64,000 bases of DNA, taken from positions 3,810 to 67,809 of the forward strand of contig BGZN01000002.1 of NCBI GenBank assembly GCA_003864455.1, written 5' to 3'. The stretch is from Candidatus Termititenax aidoneus. GTDB taxonomy: Bacteria > Margulisbacteria > Termititenacia > Termititenacales > Termititenacaceae. Shown here one piece after another: positions 1 through 9,063 of the stretch (its first letter is position 1; each line of letters begins with the position of its first letter). A program made the translations under genes and the position numbers. The notes below the pieces were generated by a model. That model was not told the DNA's origin and made no database searches. It was given only the letters and a program-made list of their open reading frames with translations.

Positions 1-123
1 GCTGTATATTTTATCTCTGATTGCCCAGGCAATCGGTCTGCTGTCTCGCTCTATATAAATGAATATCTCATCAATATCAATTTGAGCGTTTGCCGTGATA
101 ATTATATTATATTCTTTTGCCAT
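1..123 (-). CDS. ParE/RelE-family toxin, 5' part (runs off the window)
   Basis: Manual translation from ATG at 123: MAKEYNIIITANAQIDIDEIFIYIERDSRPIAWAIRDKIYS, a typical ParE N-terminus; overlaps the end of the Phd antitoxin gene. Confidence 0.8.
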   Translation of the reverse strand, partial: MAKEYNIIITANAQIDIDEIFIYIERDSRPIAWAIRDKIYS

Positions 124-406
124 AGCGTTTTTCTATTTTTTTATCTATTGCCGCGAAAGCTTCATCGAGCGGTTTAGTTTTGCCCAGCAAATAATCTCTT
201 TCGCCGAGCCGGACTAAATTTAGCAGAGCAAAAGCGTCTTGAGTTTTTTGATATTGCTCCACATCCACCAGCACAGCTTTGGCCTCGCCGTTTTGTGTGA
301 TGACGAGCGGATTTTTAGTTTCATTGACATATCTCAGCATGTCCGCCGCGTGAGACTTGATGTAAGAAATCGGTTTAATGTCGTTTTTTAGATTTATCGA
401 TACCAT
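107..406 (-). CDS. Phd/YefM-family antitoxin
   Basis: DIKPISYIKSHAADMLRYVNETKNPLVITQNGEAKAVL is the Phd/YefM signature; lies upstream of the ParE-like toxin. Confidence 0.9.
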   Translation of the reverse strand: MVSINLKNDIKPISYIKSHAADMLRYVNETKNPLVITQNGEAKAVLVDVEQYQKTQDAFALLNLVRLGERDYLLGKTKPLDEAFAAIDKKIEKRYGKRI

Positions 407-415
407 GTTTCACCT

Positions 416-447
416 CCAGTCTTTAAATAGTACCATATTAAGACTGG
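416..447. promoter_or_regulatory. Inverted repeat, probable TA autoregulatory operator
   Basis: CCAGTCTT (416-423) ... AAGACTGG (440-447), just upstream of the antitoxin RBS/start. Confidence 0.5.
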
Positions 448-533
448 GTTGTAAAGTGAAATTGCGGCAGGACTCTTTCTTTTTCTTTGGCTGGCTGTCA
501 GTTGAAAGTTTAGCCCGCAAAACGGACGGCAAT

Positions 534-872
534 TCAGTTTTTGACAGATTTGGCAATTTGTTTGAGTATCTTCAGAATGGTTGCTTTGTTGCGCGAAGTG
601 GGATTAGCCAGCAGTTGCGACAGGTGCTCCAGATAAGTTCCGTTGTAAGCGCGGCTGGCCTCCGGCAGCAGTTCCGCCGGCTTGATGTCCAAAATTAAGG
701 CTATGCCATAAATAGTTTTAATGGTTGGATTGCGTTTACCCTGCTCGATTTGCAGCAGGTAAGAAGTGCTGATATTGGCTGAGAAAGCCAATTCTTCCAG
801 CGAAAGTTTTTGCGCCTGCCGCAACACGCGGATTTTCTGGCCGATAGATTTAAGCAGTTCATCATCTGGCAT
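534..872 (-). CDS. XRE-family (C-protein-like) HTH transcriptional regulator
   Basis: IGQKIRVLRQAQKLSLEELA...YLLQIEQGKRNPTIKTI, HTH_3 pattern; divergent from the fibre genes. Confidence 0.9.
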   Translation of the reverse strand: MPDDELLKSIGQKIRVLRQAQKLSLEELAFSANISTSYLLQIEQGKRNPTIKTIYGIALILDIKPAELLPEASRAYNGTYLEHLSQLLANPTSRNKATILKILKQIAKSVKN

Positions 873-908
873 AAAGCACCTTGATAATATTTTTATATAT
901 CTTAATAC

Positions 909-951
909 TTGACAAAACAGTCTAAAGTCTTTATACTATATTTATTAGACT
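909..951 (+). promoter_or_regulatory. Sigma70 promoter for the fibre genes with overlapping dyad
   Basis: TTGACA (909-914), 17 bp, TATACT (932-937); AGTCTAA (919-925) / TTAGACT (945-951) inverted repeat overlaps it. Confidence 0.7.
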
Positions 952-982
952 ATAGTTAAATGGAGAACAGGGGGGTAGGTAT

Positions 983-1816
983 ATGGCTGGTAATTACAGT
1001 GGCGTTTATGACGGCATAGCGGGCGGGCAGCCGTTGTCTGCGGAAAAGGTAACGTTGGCGTTGAATCAAATGGAAAAGGTAGCCAACAAAGTGTCTACCG
1101 CTGAGTGGGAAGCAAATACTAATAGTGAGCAGACCAGCGACGGCAAATACCCTACCTGCGCGGCGGTCAATAACGCGGTCGGGGTGGTCAATACCCAGCT
1201 GACCAGCAGTGTCAGTACACTTACTTCTAGTATTGAGGCCATGAATAGCGCCGCGGAGAAAACAGCCAATAAGGTTACCCAAGCCAACTGGTCAAGCAAT
1301 AAGACCAATGATACCAAATACCCCACCTGCGCCGCGGTCAACTCCGCGGTCGGGGCCATATCTGATGGCGCAGAAAGAACAGCCAATAGAGTAGTTACTT
1401 CGGAATGGGGAAGCAATAATACAGACGATACCAAATATCCCACCTGCGGAGCGGTCAAATCTGCGATTGACTCCGCGCTTACAGAGGTTAACACCGCGAT
1501 CTCGGCTGTCGTCAACGGCGAGATCTTGACTGCCAATGAGAGGATCACTGCTGTCCAAGGTGAGCTTACGACGCTGTCCGGCGCGGCGGAACAAATATCT
1601 AATAAAGTGATTACCTCGGAATGGGGGAGCAATAAGGATAGTGATACCAAATATCCTACCTGCGCGGCGGTGCAGTCAGCTATTACCACGGCCGCCACTA
1701 ATGCTGTTAATAGTATTGTTAAAGTAACTTCAATATCCAGTACTTCGACGGATAGTGAATTTCCATCGGCCAAGGCTGTCTATAACTGTTTCTGGAATAT
1801 ATTTAATTCGCTTTAG
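983..1816 (+). CDS. Repeat-containing fibre/stalk-like protein without a head domain
   Basis: Four repeats of E(K/R/Q)xxN(K/R)V...W.(S/A)N....KYPTC.AV..A separated by heptad-like spacers, plus a terminal VTSISSTSTDSEFPSAKAVY variant; no signal peptide. Confidence 0.65.
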   Translation: MAGNYSGVYDGIAGGQPLSAEKVTLALNQMEKVANKVSTAEWEANTNSEQTSDGKYPTCAAVNNAVGVVNTQLTSSVSTLTSSIEAMNSAAEKTANKVTQANWSSNKTNDTKYPTCAAVNSAVGAISDGAERTANRVVTSEWGSNNTDDTKYPTCGAVKSAIDSALTEVNTAISAVVNGEILTANERITAVQGELTTLSGAAEQISNKVITSEWGSNKDSDTKYPTCAAVQSAITTAATNAVNSIVKVTSISSTSTDSEFPSAKAVYNCFWNIFNSL

Positions 1817-1839
1817 TTTTTTTAACAAAAGGAGGTGTT

Positions 1840-3324
1840 ATGGCTAGTAATTACACGGGCAATTATACCGGCATAGAGGCGAGCAAAGTAGCCTACGCGC
1901 AGGATTTAACAAACGCTTTGAATAAAATGGAAAGAGTGAGCTATAAAGTAACCACCGCGAATGAATGGGGCAGCAATGCCAATAAGACCAGCGAGAATAA
2001 ATATCCTGCCTGTAATGTTGTCAGCGCCGCGGTAGCGGCGGCGAAGACGTCTATTGATACCCAGCTTTCGGCCTTATCCAACAGGGCGACCGGGGTAAAT
2101 AATACCGTGGAAAAGACAGCCAATAAAATCAAGTTCGGCGAATGGGAAGACAATAAAGATAGCGATGACAAATATCCAGGCTGCGGAACGGTTAATTCCG
2201 CGCTGCTAGCAATATCCGGCGTGGAACAGGCGTCCAATAAAGTAAGCGCCGCAAATTGGGATACGCATAAGACCAGCGAGATCAAATATCCCAGTTGCAA
2301 GTCCGTAAATACCGCGGTCGGGGCGATCAATACCGATGTGCTCACGGAAGTTAATGCTTCGATTGAGGATATTAACGCTTCGGTCGACGATATTAGCGAG
2401 GGTATCGAGGAGTTGGACAATACCGCGGAAAAGACAACCAATAAGATAACGAAAGCCGGGTGGGAAAGCAACAAGACTAACAACAGCAAATACCCGACCT
2501 GCGCGGCTGCTGGTCAAGGCATAACCAGTATTTTCAGCAAAATAGACTTTGGCATAGTTACCTCAGTTTCCGCGGCTTCGACCGATGCTCAACTGCCGAC
2601 GGCCGGAGCGGTGTATAGATTTGGAACATCTGTGGATCCCAGCAGCGCGCGCGGCTCTACAGTTTCCGACACGCAGGTGAATGCCACTGAATTTAAAGCA
2701 GTGATGGGTTACTCTAACACTAATAGCTATAATTGGTATGAAGCCGCGCAGTATTGCGCTTATTTGACTGTGGCCGCGGACGATGTGCCTCAAGCGGTTA
2801 AGGACCATATAACTTTGCATTACATCGTGCCCCAATCCAGCCTGGACACGGCTAGTTACAGTCAAGTCAATGGCGATAAATGCCGCAATTATCTGAAGTA
2901 TGCTCTGATTACGCCCAAGTGCTGGCGTCTGCCGACCAGCGAGGAATGGTCCGCCGCCTATTCTAGCAATATTATTCCGCACCCAAGCGTTGGAAAGTCA
3001 GTCGTCTTTGACATACATGGCTATGGCTCAGTTGACAGCTCAGTTATTTTAACATCAAGCAATCCTTATTATTATGATTGGTGCATGGACGGCGACGGAG
3101 CAGAATTAAAACTAGGCGGCAAGACCATTAATTATGGCGCTTATAACGCAAATCGAGTGGCGCGCGGCGGTGTTCACAGCACCCGCACCGGTGGGGGCCA
3201 CGACACCGGCGGCAACACCTACTGGCAATATTCGTTTTGGCGGGCGAGTGGTTTCGCTGGTTACGGCTCTGTTGCGCCGTCCAATCGCAACAATTACGGC
3301 CTGCGTCTAGCCAGAACTACTTAA
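1840..3324 (+). CDS. Fibre-repeat protein with C-terminal FGE-sulfatase/C-type lectin (CLec) domain; candidate DGR target
   Basis: Same KYPxC repeats as the upstream paralog, then FGE/CLec motifs QVNATEFKAVMG, NWYEAAQYC, WRLPTSEEW, YDWCMD, RVARGG...NYGLRLAR. Confidence 0.75.
   Translation: MASNYTGNYTGIEASKVAYAQDLTNALNKMERVSYKVTTANEWGSNANKTSENKYPACNVVSAAVAAAKTSIDTQLSALSNRATGVNNTVEKTANKIKFGEWEDNKDSDDKYPGCGTVNSALLAISGVEQASNKVSAANWDTHKTSEIKYPSCKSVNTAVGAINTDVLTEVNASIEDINASVDDISEGIEELDNTAEKTTNKITKAGWESNKTNNSKYPTCAAAGQGITSIFSKIDFGIVTSVSAASTDAQLPTAGAVYRFGTSVDPSSARGSTVSDTQVNATEFKAVMGYSNTNSYNWYEAAQYCAYLTVAADDVPQAVKDHITLHYIVPQSSLDTASYSQVNGDKCRNYLKYALITPKCWRLPTSEEWSAAYSSNIIPHPSVGKSVVFDIHGYGSVDSSVILTSSNPYYYDWCMDGDGAELKLGGKTINYGAYNANRVARGGVHSTRTGGGHDTGGNTYWQYSFWRASGFAGYGSVAPSNRNNYGLRLARTT
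3151..3324 (+). other. DGR variable-region-like 3' end
   Basis: After RVARGG, 16 of 17 codons at 3172-3222 end in a pyrimidine and 14 are NNC, as expected from adenine-mutagenised AAC codons; no template repeat or reverse transcriptase in the window. Confidence 0.45.
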
Positions 3325-3356
3325 CATAACTTTAAGTTTTTTTATTTTCACGTTTT

Positions 3357-3445
3357 GCTTCGGATGAAGCGGTTGGAGTTTGGCGGGGTGAATGATCGCC
3401 GCTCCGTGCGCCGCAGCTTTTGCGCGTGAGCTGGCCGACAAACTC
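3357..3445. other. GC-rich structured intergenic element (nested hairpins)
   Basis: GCTTC-ggat-GAAGC (3357-3370); GAGTTTG (3376-3382) / CAAACTC (3439-3445) enclose GCGG..CCGC and CAGCT..AGCTG hairpins. Confidence 0.4.
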
Positions 3446-3489
3446 TGTCCGACGCGGGCTTGAACAGGGCATTTTTCGTTGTTTCAGCG

Positions 3490-3498
3490 TGGTATAAT
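3490..3498 (+). promoter_or_regulatory. Extended -10 promoter, probably giving a leaderless mRNA
   Basis: TG-G-TATAAT ends at 3498; ATG at 3505; no Shine-Dalgarno between them. Confidence 0.55.
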
Positions 3499-3504
3499 GC
3501 ATTG

Positions 3505-3828
3505 ATGGATAGATTAGAAACGATAACAATAGATAAAATTGTGAAATTAGTGATTTCTGCCGCTGCGCCGGAAAAAATTTTGTTATTTGGATCACGCGCT
3601 AGAGGCGACCATGCCAGAAATAGCGACATAGATATTTTAATCCTCAAGAAAAAATTAAAAAACGCGCGTAAATTAACCGCTAATCTTTATAAGTCATTCT
3701 TGGCGGAAAATATTTCCGTGCCTGTTGATTTGCTTGCGATAGATTATGACAGATACGCTGAATTAAAAAATGAGAACGGATATATTTATAAAACAATCGC
3801 GCGAGAAGGCCAAGTTTTGTATGGCTAA
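3505..3828 (+). CDS. Minimal nucleotidyltransferase (MNT) antitoxin
   Basis: KILLFGSRARGD...SDIDILI motif; start moved from 3460 to ATG 3505. Confidence 0.9.
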   Translation: MDRLETITIDKIVKLVISAAAPEKILLFGSRARGDHARNSDIDILILKKKLKNARKLTANLYKSFLAENISVPVDLLAIDYDRYAELKNENGYIYKTIAREGQVLYG

Positions 3829-4207
3829 TTACGATGTTTGGTTGGAGCGGGCCAAAGGAAATTTGGTTTTGGCCGGGGTTAAAACTCCCAAAGGCGTTTT
3901 TTATGAAGACCTTTGTTTTCAAGCGCAGCAAGCGGTAGAAAAAGGTTTGAAAGCGCTGCTTTTGTTTTATGGTGTTGAGCCGGAGTATACTCATAATCTT
4001 GTGGTGCTGTTGCAAGAATTGACCAAATATACAAGAGTTCCGGCAACGATAAAGGAAGCTGTAATTTTAAATGATTATGCCGTGCAAACTAGGTATCCTG
4101 GTGAATATGTGCCGGTTAAATACAGAGAGTATAGGAAAGCCTTGCAGATTGCAAAAAATGTTTTTAAGTGGATTGAATATAAAATTATTACGGAAAGCGA
4201 GCGATGA
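3821..4207 (+). CDS. HEPN-domain protein (MNT-HEPN TA toxin)
   Basis: WLERAKGNL...CFQAQQAVEKGLKALL...THNL...TRYPG, HEPN pattern; overlaps the MNT stop. Confidence 0.9.
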   Translation: MANYDVWLERAKGNLVLAGVKTPKGVFYEDLCFQAQQAVEKGLKALLLFYGVEPEYTHNLVVLLQELTKYTRVPATIKEAVILNDYAVQTRYPGEYVPVKYREYRKALQIAKNVFKWIEYKIITESER

Positions 4208-4307
4208 GGTATTGCTTGGCGGAGCAAATAATTCTATTGACGCGCAAGACCGCTGATTTTAAACATAAGAACCTCTGGATATAATCGTTGACGTTGCGTT
4301 TCGCAAA

Positions 4308-4970
4308 TCACTTCGGACTTTTACTCAAATTTTCAGAGCCGGTTTTGGTAACAATAAGCATATCCTCGATGCGCACGCCGCCGAGTCCCTTGATGTACAC
4401 GCCGGGTTCGATAGTGATGACCTGTCCGGCTTTTAAAATTTCTTGGGATTTGTGGGAGATACGCGGCCGCTGATGGATTTTTAGACCCACACCGTGGCCG
4501 GTGCTGTGCGTGAAGTATTTTGCTAATTTATGTTTTTTCAGTAAATCACGGCCTTTTTGGTCGATGTCCGCTGCGCGCGCGCCGGCTTTGACCAGACTGA
4601 TTTGTTTTTTCTGCACGGCTAAAACTATTTTGTAGATTTTTTGCAGTCTTGGGGAAGGCTGGCCGAGAAAAAAAGTCCGCGTCAGATCGGAACAGTAGCC
4701 GCGATAACGCGCGCCCATGTCGATATAGACAATATCGTTTTTGCGGATTTTCTTTTTGCTGGCCGGACCGTGAAAAAGCGCGGTGCGTTTGCCCGAGCAG
4801 ACTATCGGCGTGAAAGCCATACGCGTGCCGCCGCCATGCTTGACGATCAGCCTTTTGATCTTGTCCGCGACTTGTTTTTCGGTCAGTCCGGCGCGGATAA
4901 ACTGGCGGATTTCCGCAAAGACCTTGTCGGTAATTTTCTGTGCTTGGCGGACGGCCTGCAGGCGGTTCAT
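4308..4970 (-). CDS. M24-family Xaa-Pro peptidase (catalytic domain only)
   Basis: IDMGARYRGYCSDLTRT, HSTGHGVGL, TIEPGVY, GVRIED metal-binding motifs. Confidence 0.9.
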   Translation of the reverse strand: MNRLQAVRQAQKITDKVFAEIRQFIRAGLTEKQVADKIKRLIVKHGGGTRMAFTPIVCSGKRTALFHGPASKKKIRKNDIVYIDMGARYRGYCSDLTRTFFLGQPSPRLQKIYKIVLAVQKKQISLVKAGARAADIDQKGRDLLKKHKLAKYFTHSTGHGVGLKIHQRPRISHKSQEILKAGQVITIEPGVYIKGLGGVRIEDMLIVTKTGSENLSKSPK

Positions 4971-5392
4971 AGACTGAGAATGTATTCCAGAGCTAAGCGG
5001 TAAGAGTCTTTGCCAAAACCGGCGATCTGGCCGAGACAGACCGGCGCGATGACGGACTCGCGGCGAAATTTTTCCCGCGCGTGAATATTGGAGAGATGCA
5101 CTTCGATGACTTTGGCTTTGACTCCGCTGATTGCGTCACGCAGCGCTATGCTGTAATGTGTGTACGCGCCAGCGTTGAGAATGATGTAGTCAAATTTTTT
5201 GCGGCTGTCCTGAATTTGGCTGACAATTTCGCCTTCGATATTGGATTGGAAAAATTTAATAACGGCTTGGTTTTTCTTGGCGATAGAAGCCAATTCGGTG
5301 TTGATAGCCGCCAGTGTGGTCTTGCCGTAAAATTTTTTTTCGCGGCTGCCCAGCAGATTGAGATTCGGTCCGTGAATGACCAGAATTTTCAT
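4967..5392 (-). CDS. aroQ: Type II 3-dehydroquinate dehydratase
   Basis: HGPNLNLLGSRE, NAGAYTHYSIALRDA, EVHLSNIHAREKFR. Confidence 0.97.
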   Translation of the reverse strand: MKILVIHGPNLNLLGSREKKFYGKTTLAAINTELASIAKKNQAVIKFFQSNIEGEIVSQIQDSRKKFDYIILNAGAYTHYSIALRDAISGVKAKVIEVHLSNIHAREKFRRESVIAPVCLGQIAGFGKDSYRLALEYILSL

Positions 5393-5406
5393 TGTTTGCT
5401 CCTTGT

Positions 5407-6480
5407 TTAGATAATCGCTAAAGCTCTGGCTATTTCCGCGTATTCTACCGGACAGACAATCGGTTTGCCTATAGCTTTGAGCAGCACCATGCGCAGCCGG
5501 CTGTCCGCGACTTTTTTGTCGCTTTGCATGACGCGGTAAATCTGGTCGGGATCGAGGCGGCGGCCGGTGTGCGTGGGCAGACCCAGCTTGGTAAAAAGTT
5601 TTTGCAATTTGTCCAAAGTCTGCCAGGGCAGATAACCGCGCATTATGGAAATATGCGCCGCGCCCAGCGCGCCCAGCGCGACAGCCTCGCCGTGGCTAAT
5701 GCGGTAATGCGAGATTGTTTCCAGAGCGTGGCCGATAGTGTGGCCAAAATTCAGGATCGCGCGCCGGTCGTTTTCACGCTCGTCGGCGCTGACTATTTTG
5801 GCCTTGATGCGGCAGCACTGCGCTAGCAGATCGGCGCAGCACTGCGCCAGCAAATTGGCAGTGATGTCCGCTTTTTGACCCAGCGCAGTCAAAAGGCGCG
5901 GCGTATCGATCAGACCATATTTGACGATCTCACCCAGACCGCAGCGCAATTCCCGCGCCGGCAGAGAGCGCAGAGTTTTAGTGTCGGCGATAACCAGCCG
6001 CGGCTGATAAAAAGCGCCGATTAGATTTTTGCCCAGAGAATCATTGACCGCGGTTTTGCCGCCGACGCTGGAGTCCACCTGCGCCAGCAAAGTGGTGGGC
6101 AACTGCACGAAATTTATGCCGCGCAGATAAACCGCCGCCGCGAAACCGGCCAGATCACCGACCACGCCGCCGCCTAGAGCTGCGATAGTATCGCTGCGCT
6201 CAAATTTATTTTGGATCAAGAAACGCAGGACTTTTTGCAAAACGCCGAAAGATTTATATTTTTCGCCGTCGCCGATCAAGTATACCTGCGTGCTGTAGTG
6301 TTTTTCTAAATTGGCCTGCAGTTGTTTGCCGTACAGTCCAAAAATTTTTTTATTGCTGACGATTAAAATTTTGCCGTGCAGATCCAAATCGCTCAAAAGC
6401 TGGCAGCTTTTGTCCAGCAGGCCGGCGCCGATCCGCACGGTATAAGAACGCTGGGCTAATTTTACTTTTACGTCCGGCAT
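5407..6480 (-). CDS. aroB: 3-dehydroquinate synthase
   Basis: ALGGGVVGDLAGF, PTTLLAQVDSSVGGKTAVN, LNFGHTIGHALE, HGEAVA. Confidence 0.97.
   Translation of the reverse strand: MPDVKVKLAQRSYTVRIGAGLLDKSCQLLSDLDLHGKILIVSNKKIFGLYGKQLQANLEKHYSTQVYLIGDGEKYKSFGVLQKVLRFLIQNKFERSDTIAALGGGVVGDLAGFAAAVYLRGINFVQLPTTLLAQVDSSVGGKTAVNDSLGKNLIGAFYQPRLVIADTKTLRSLPARELRCGLGEIVKYGLIDTPRLLTALGQKADITANLLAQCCADLLAQCCRIKAKIVSADERENDRRAILNFGHTIGHALETISHYRISHGEAVALGALGAAHISIMRGYLPWQTLDKLQKLFTKLGLPTHTGRRLDPDQIYRVMQSDKKVADSRLRMVLLKAIGKPIVCPVEYAEIARALAII
5812..5859. repeat. 24-bp in-frame tandem duplication inside aroB
   Basis: GCAGCACTGCGCTAGCAGATCGGC / GCAGCACTGCGCCAGCAAATTGGC; protein reads ANLLAQCC-ADLLAQCC. Confidence 0.8.
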
Positions 6481-6989
6481 GACTGCTCCGGTTTTAAGAT
6501 TTTACAGATCTCGGCGGCGGCTTTTTCCGGCTGGCCGGTCTGCGTCGCGATAATACACTGCGCCGCGGCCAGATACAACGGCTGCCGCACGTCCAGCATC
6601 TTTTGAATTTCCGCTAATTTATTTCCCTGGGGCAGCAGCGGCCGCGTCGTGTCGTTTTCCACACGCTTCAGTATTTCCGCCGGTTCGGTTTTTAAGTAAA
6701 CTATGGCGCCGAGATTATGCAAAAGACTGCGGTTGTCGGCGGATAACACTATGCCGCCGCCTGTAGCGATGACCGCGCCGTCCAGCCCGTGCAATTCTTT
6801 TAGCGCCGTTGTTTCCTGTTTGCGGAAAAATTCCTCGCCGCGCTGCGCAAAAATTTTAGCGCAGGTCATGCCGTTTTTCTGCTCAATAATTTGATCGGTG
6901 TCGAGAAACTTATAACCGAGTTGTTTGGCCAAAATACGGCCGGTGGAAGTTTTGCCGCTGCCCATGAATCCGATCAGGATTATGTTCAT
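6468..6989 (-). CDS. aroK: Shikimate kinase
   Basis: LIGFMGSGKT P-loop, GEEFFR, IATGGG, RPLL. Confidence 0.95.
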   Translation of the reverse strand: MNIILIGFMGSGKTSTGRILAKQLGYKFLDTDQIIEQKNGMTCAKIFAQRGEEFFRKQETTALKELHGLDGAVIATGGGIVLSADNRSLLHNLGAIVYLKTEPAEILKRVENDTTRPLLPQGNKLAEIQKMLDVRQPLYLAAAQCIIATQTGQPEKAAAEICKILKPEQSCRT

Positions 6990-7025
6990 GCTGATATTTT
7001 AACATGAAATTATTCCCGTTGACAT

Positions 7026-7062
7026 AAAAAACCCGCGCCTAACTGGATAGTTAAGCGCGGGT
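7026..7062 (-). terminator. Intrinsic terminator downstream of eno
   Basis: Stem ACCCGCGC (7031-7038) / GCGCGGGT (7055-7062), followed on the minus strand by a T-tract. Confidence 0.75.
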
Positions 7063-7080
7063 CAAAATTGCGGCGGCGGA

Positions 7081-8394
<1,314 letters not shown>

Positions 8395-8492
8395 TTATTA
8401 AAATTTTTACCCAAAAAACGCGGGGATTATAACATAGGCCGGGTTTTTTGGGCAGTGTTCGTCCGGCTCGGCAGGCCGGATGAGAAACCTTT

Positions 8493-8984
8493 TTATGGCC
8501 TGCCCCGTCTTTGTTGATGGATAGAATCCAGTATTTCATTGAATTCCTGGCCTTCAAGAAACAAATACCTAAGGGCTAGCTGATCTATTTTTATAACTTT
8601 TTTGATAAGTTCTATATCTCTTCTTGCTTGGGGACCGGCATATTTAAAATAAGAATCTGTGGGCACAGGAGCTTGGCATAAAATTGGAGAACTACTGCAA
8701 CCATCATGGCAAAGATGCCTTACCGCTTCTAAAATCAAATCCGGATCTTCATCTAATATATTGGCGAAACGCAGGCAGCCGCCGTCCTGACTTATGGCAT
8801 ACATTAAAATTTTTTTGAATAAGCGAATAACTGCCTTTGGCAAATGAGTAAAATTCACTTTGCTTATTACTTTCTCGGCAAATTGACTGGCCGCTATATG
8901 TTTTAGAGAACTTGCGAGCGACATATTTTCAATCTGCTTATACTGAGCGGCCGGATCTTTTAACGCTATTTGTTTAGTCTGCAT
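8493..8984 (-). CDS. Hypothetical protein
   Basis: 163-aa ORF with an AAGGAG RBS upstream; no family recognised. Confidence 0.55.
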   Translation of the reverse strand: MQTKQIALKDPAAQYKQIENMSLASSLKHIAASQFAEKVISKVNFTHLPKAVIRLFKKILMYAISQDGGCLRFANILDEDPDLILEAVRHLCHDGCSSSPILCQAPVPTDSYFKYAGPQARRDIELIKKVIKIDQLALRYLFLEGQEFNEILDSIHQQRRGRP

Positions 8985-9063
8985 ATAAACTCCTTCGAGA
9001 TTACAATTTATAAAGTATCGTAAGAGTTTTGAAATTGTTTCATTTTGGCCGGCCGGATAGAGC

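Noticed and set aside
1070..2510. Regularly recurring AAATAYCCNACCTGC motifs that could suggest a CRISPR array
   Set aside because: The repeats are degenerate at third codon positions, in frame and unevenly spaced; they are protein repeats, and no cas genes are present.
8462..8480. TCCGGC/GCCGGA hairpin upstream of eno as a terminator or riboswitch
   Set aside because: No adjacent U-tract on the transcribed strand and no recognisable aptamer; too little support.
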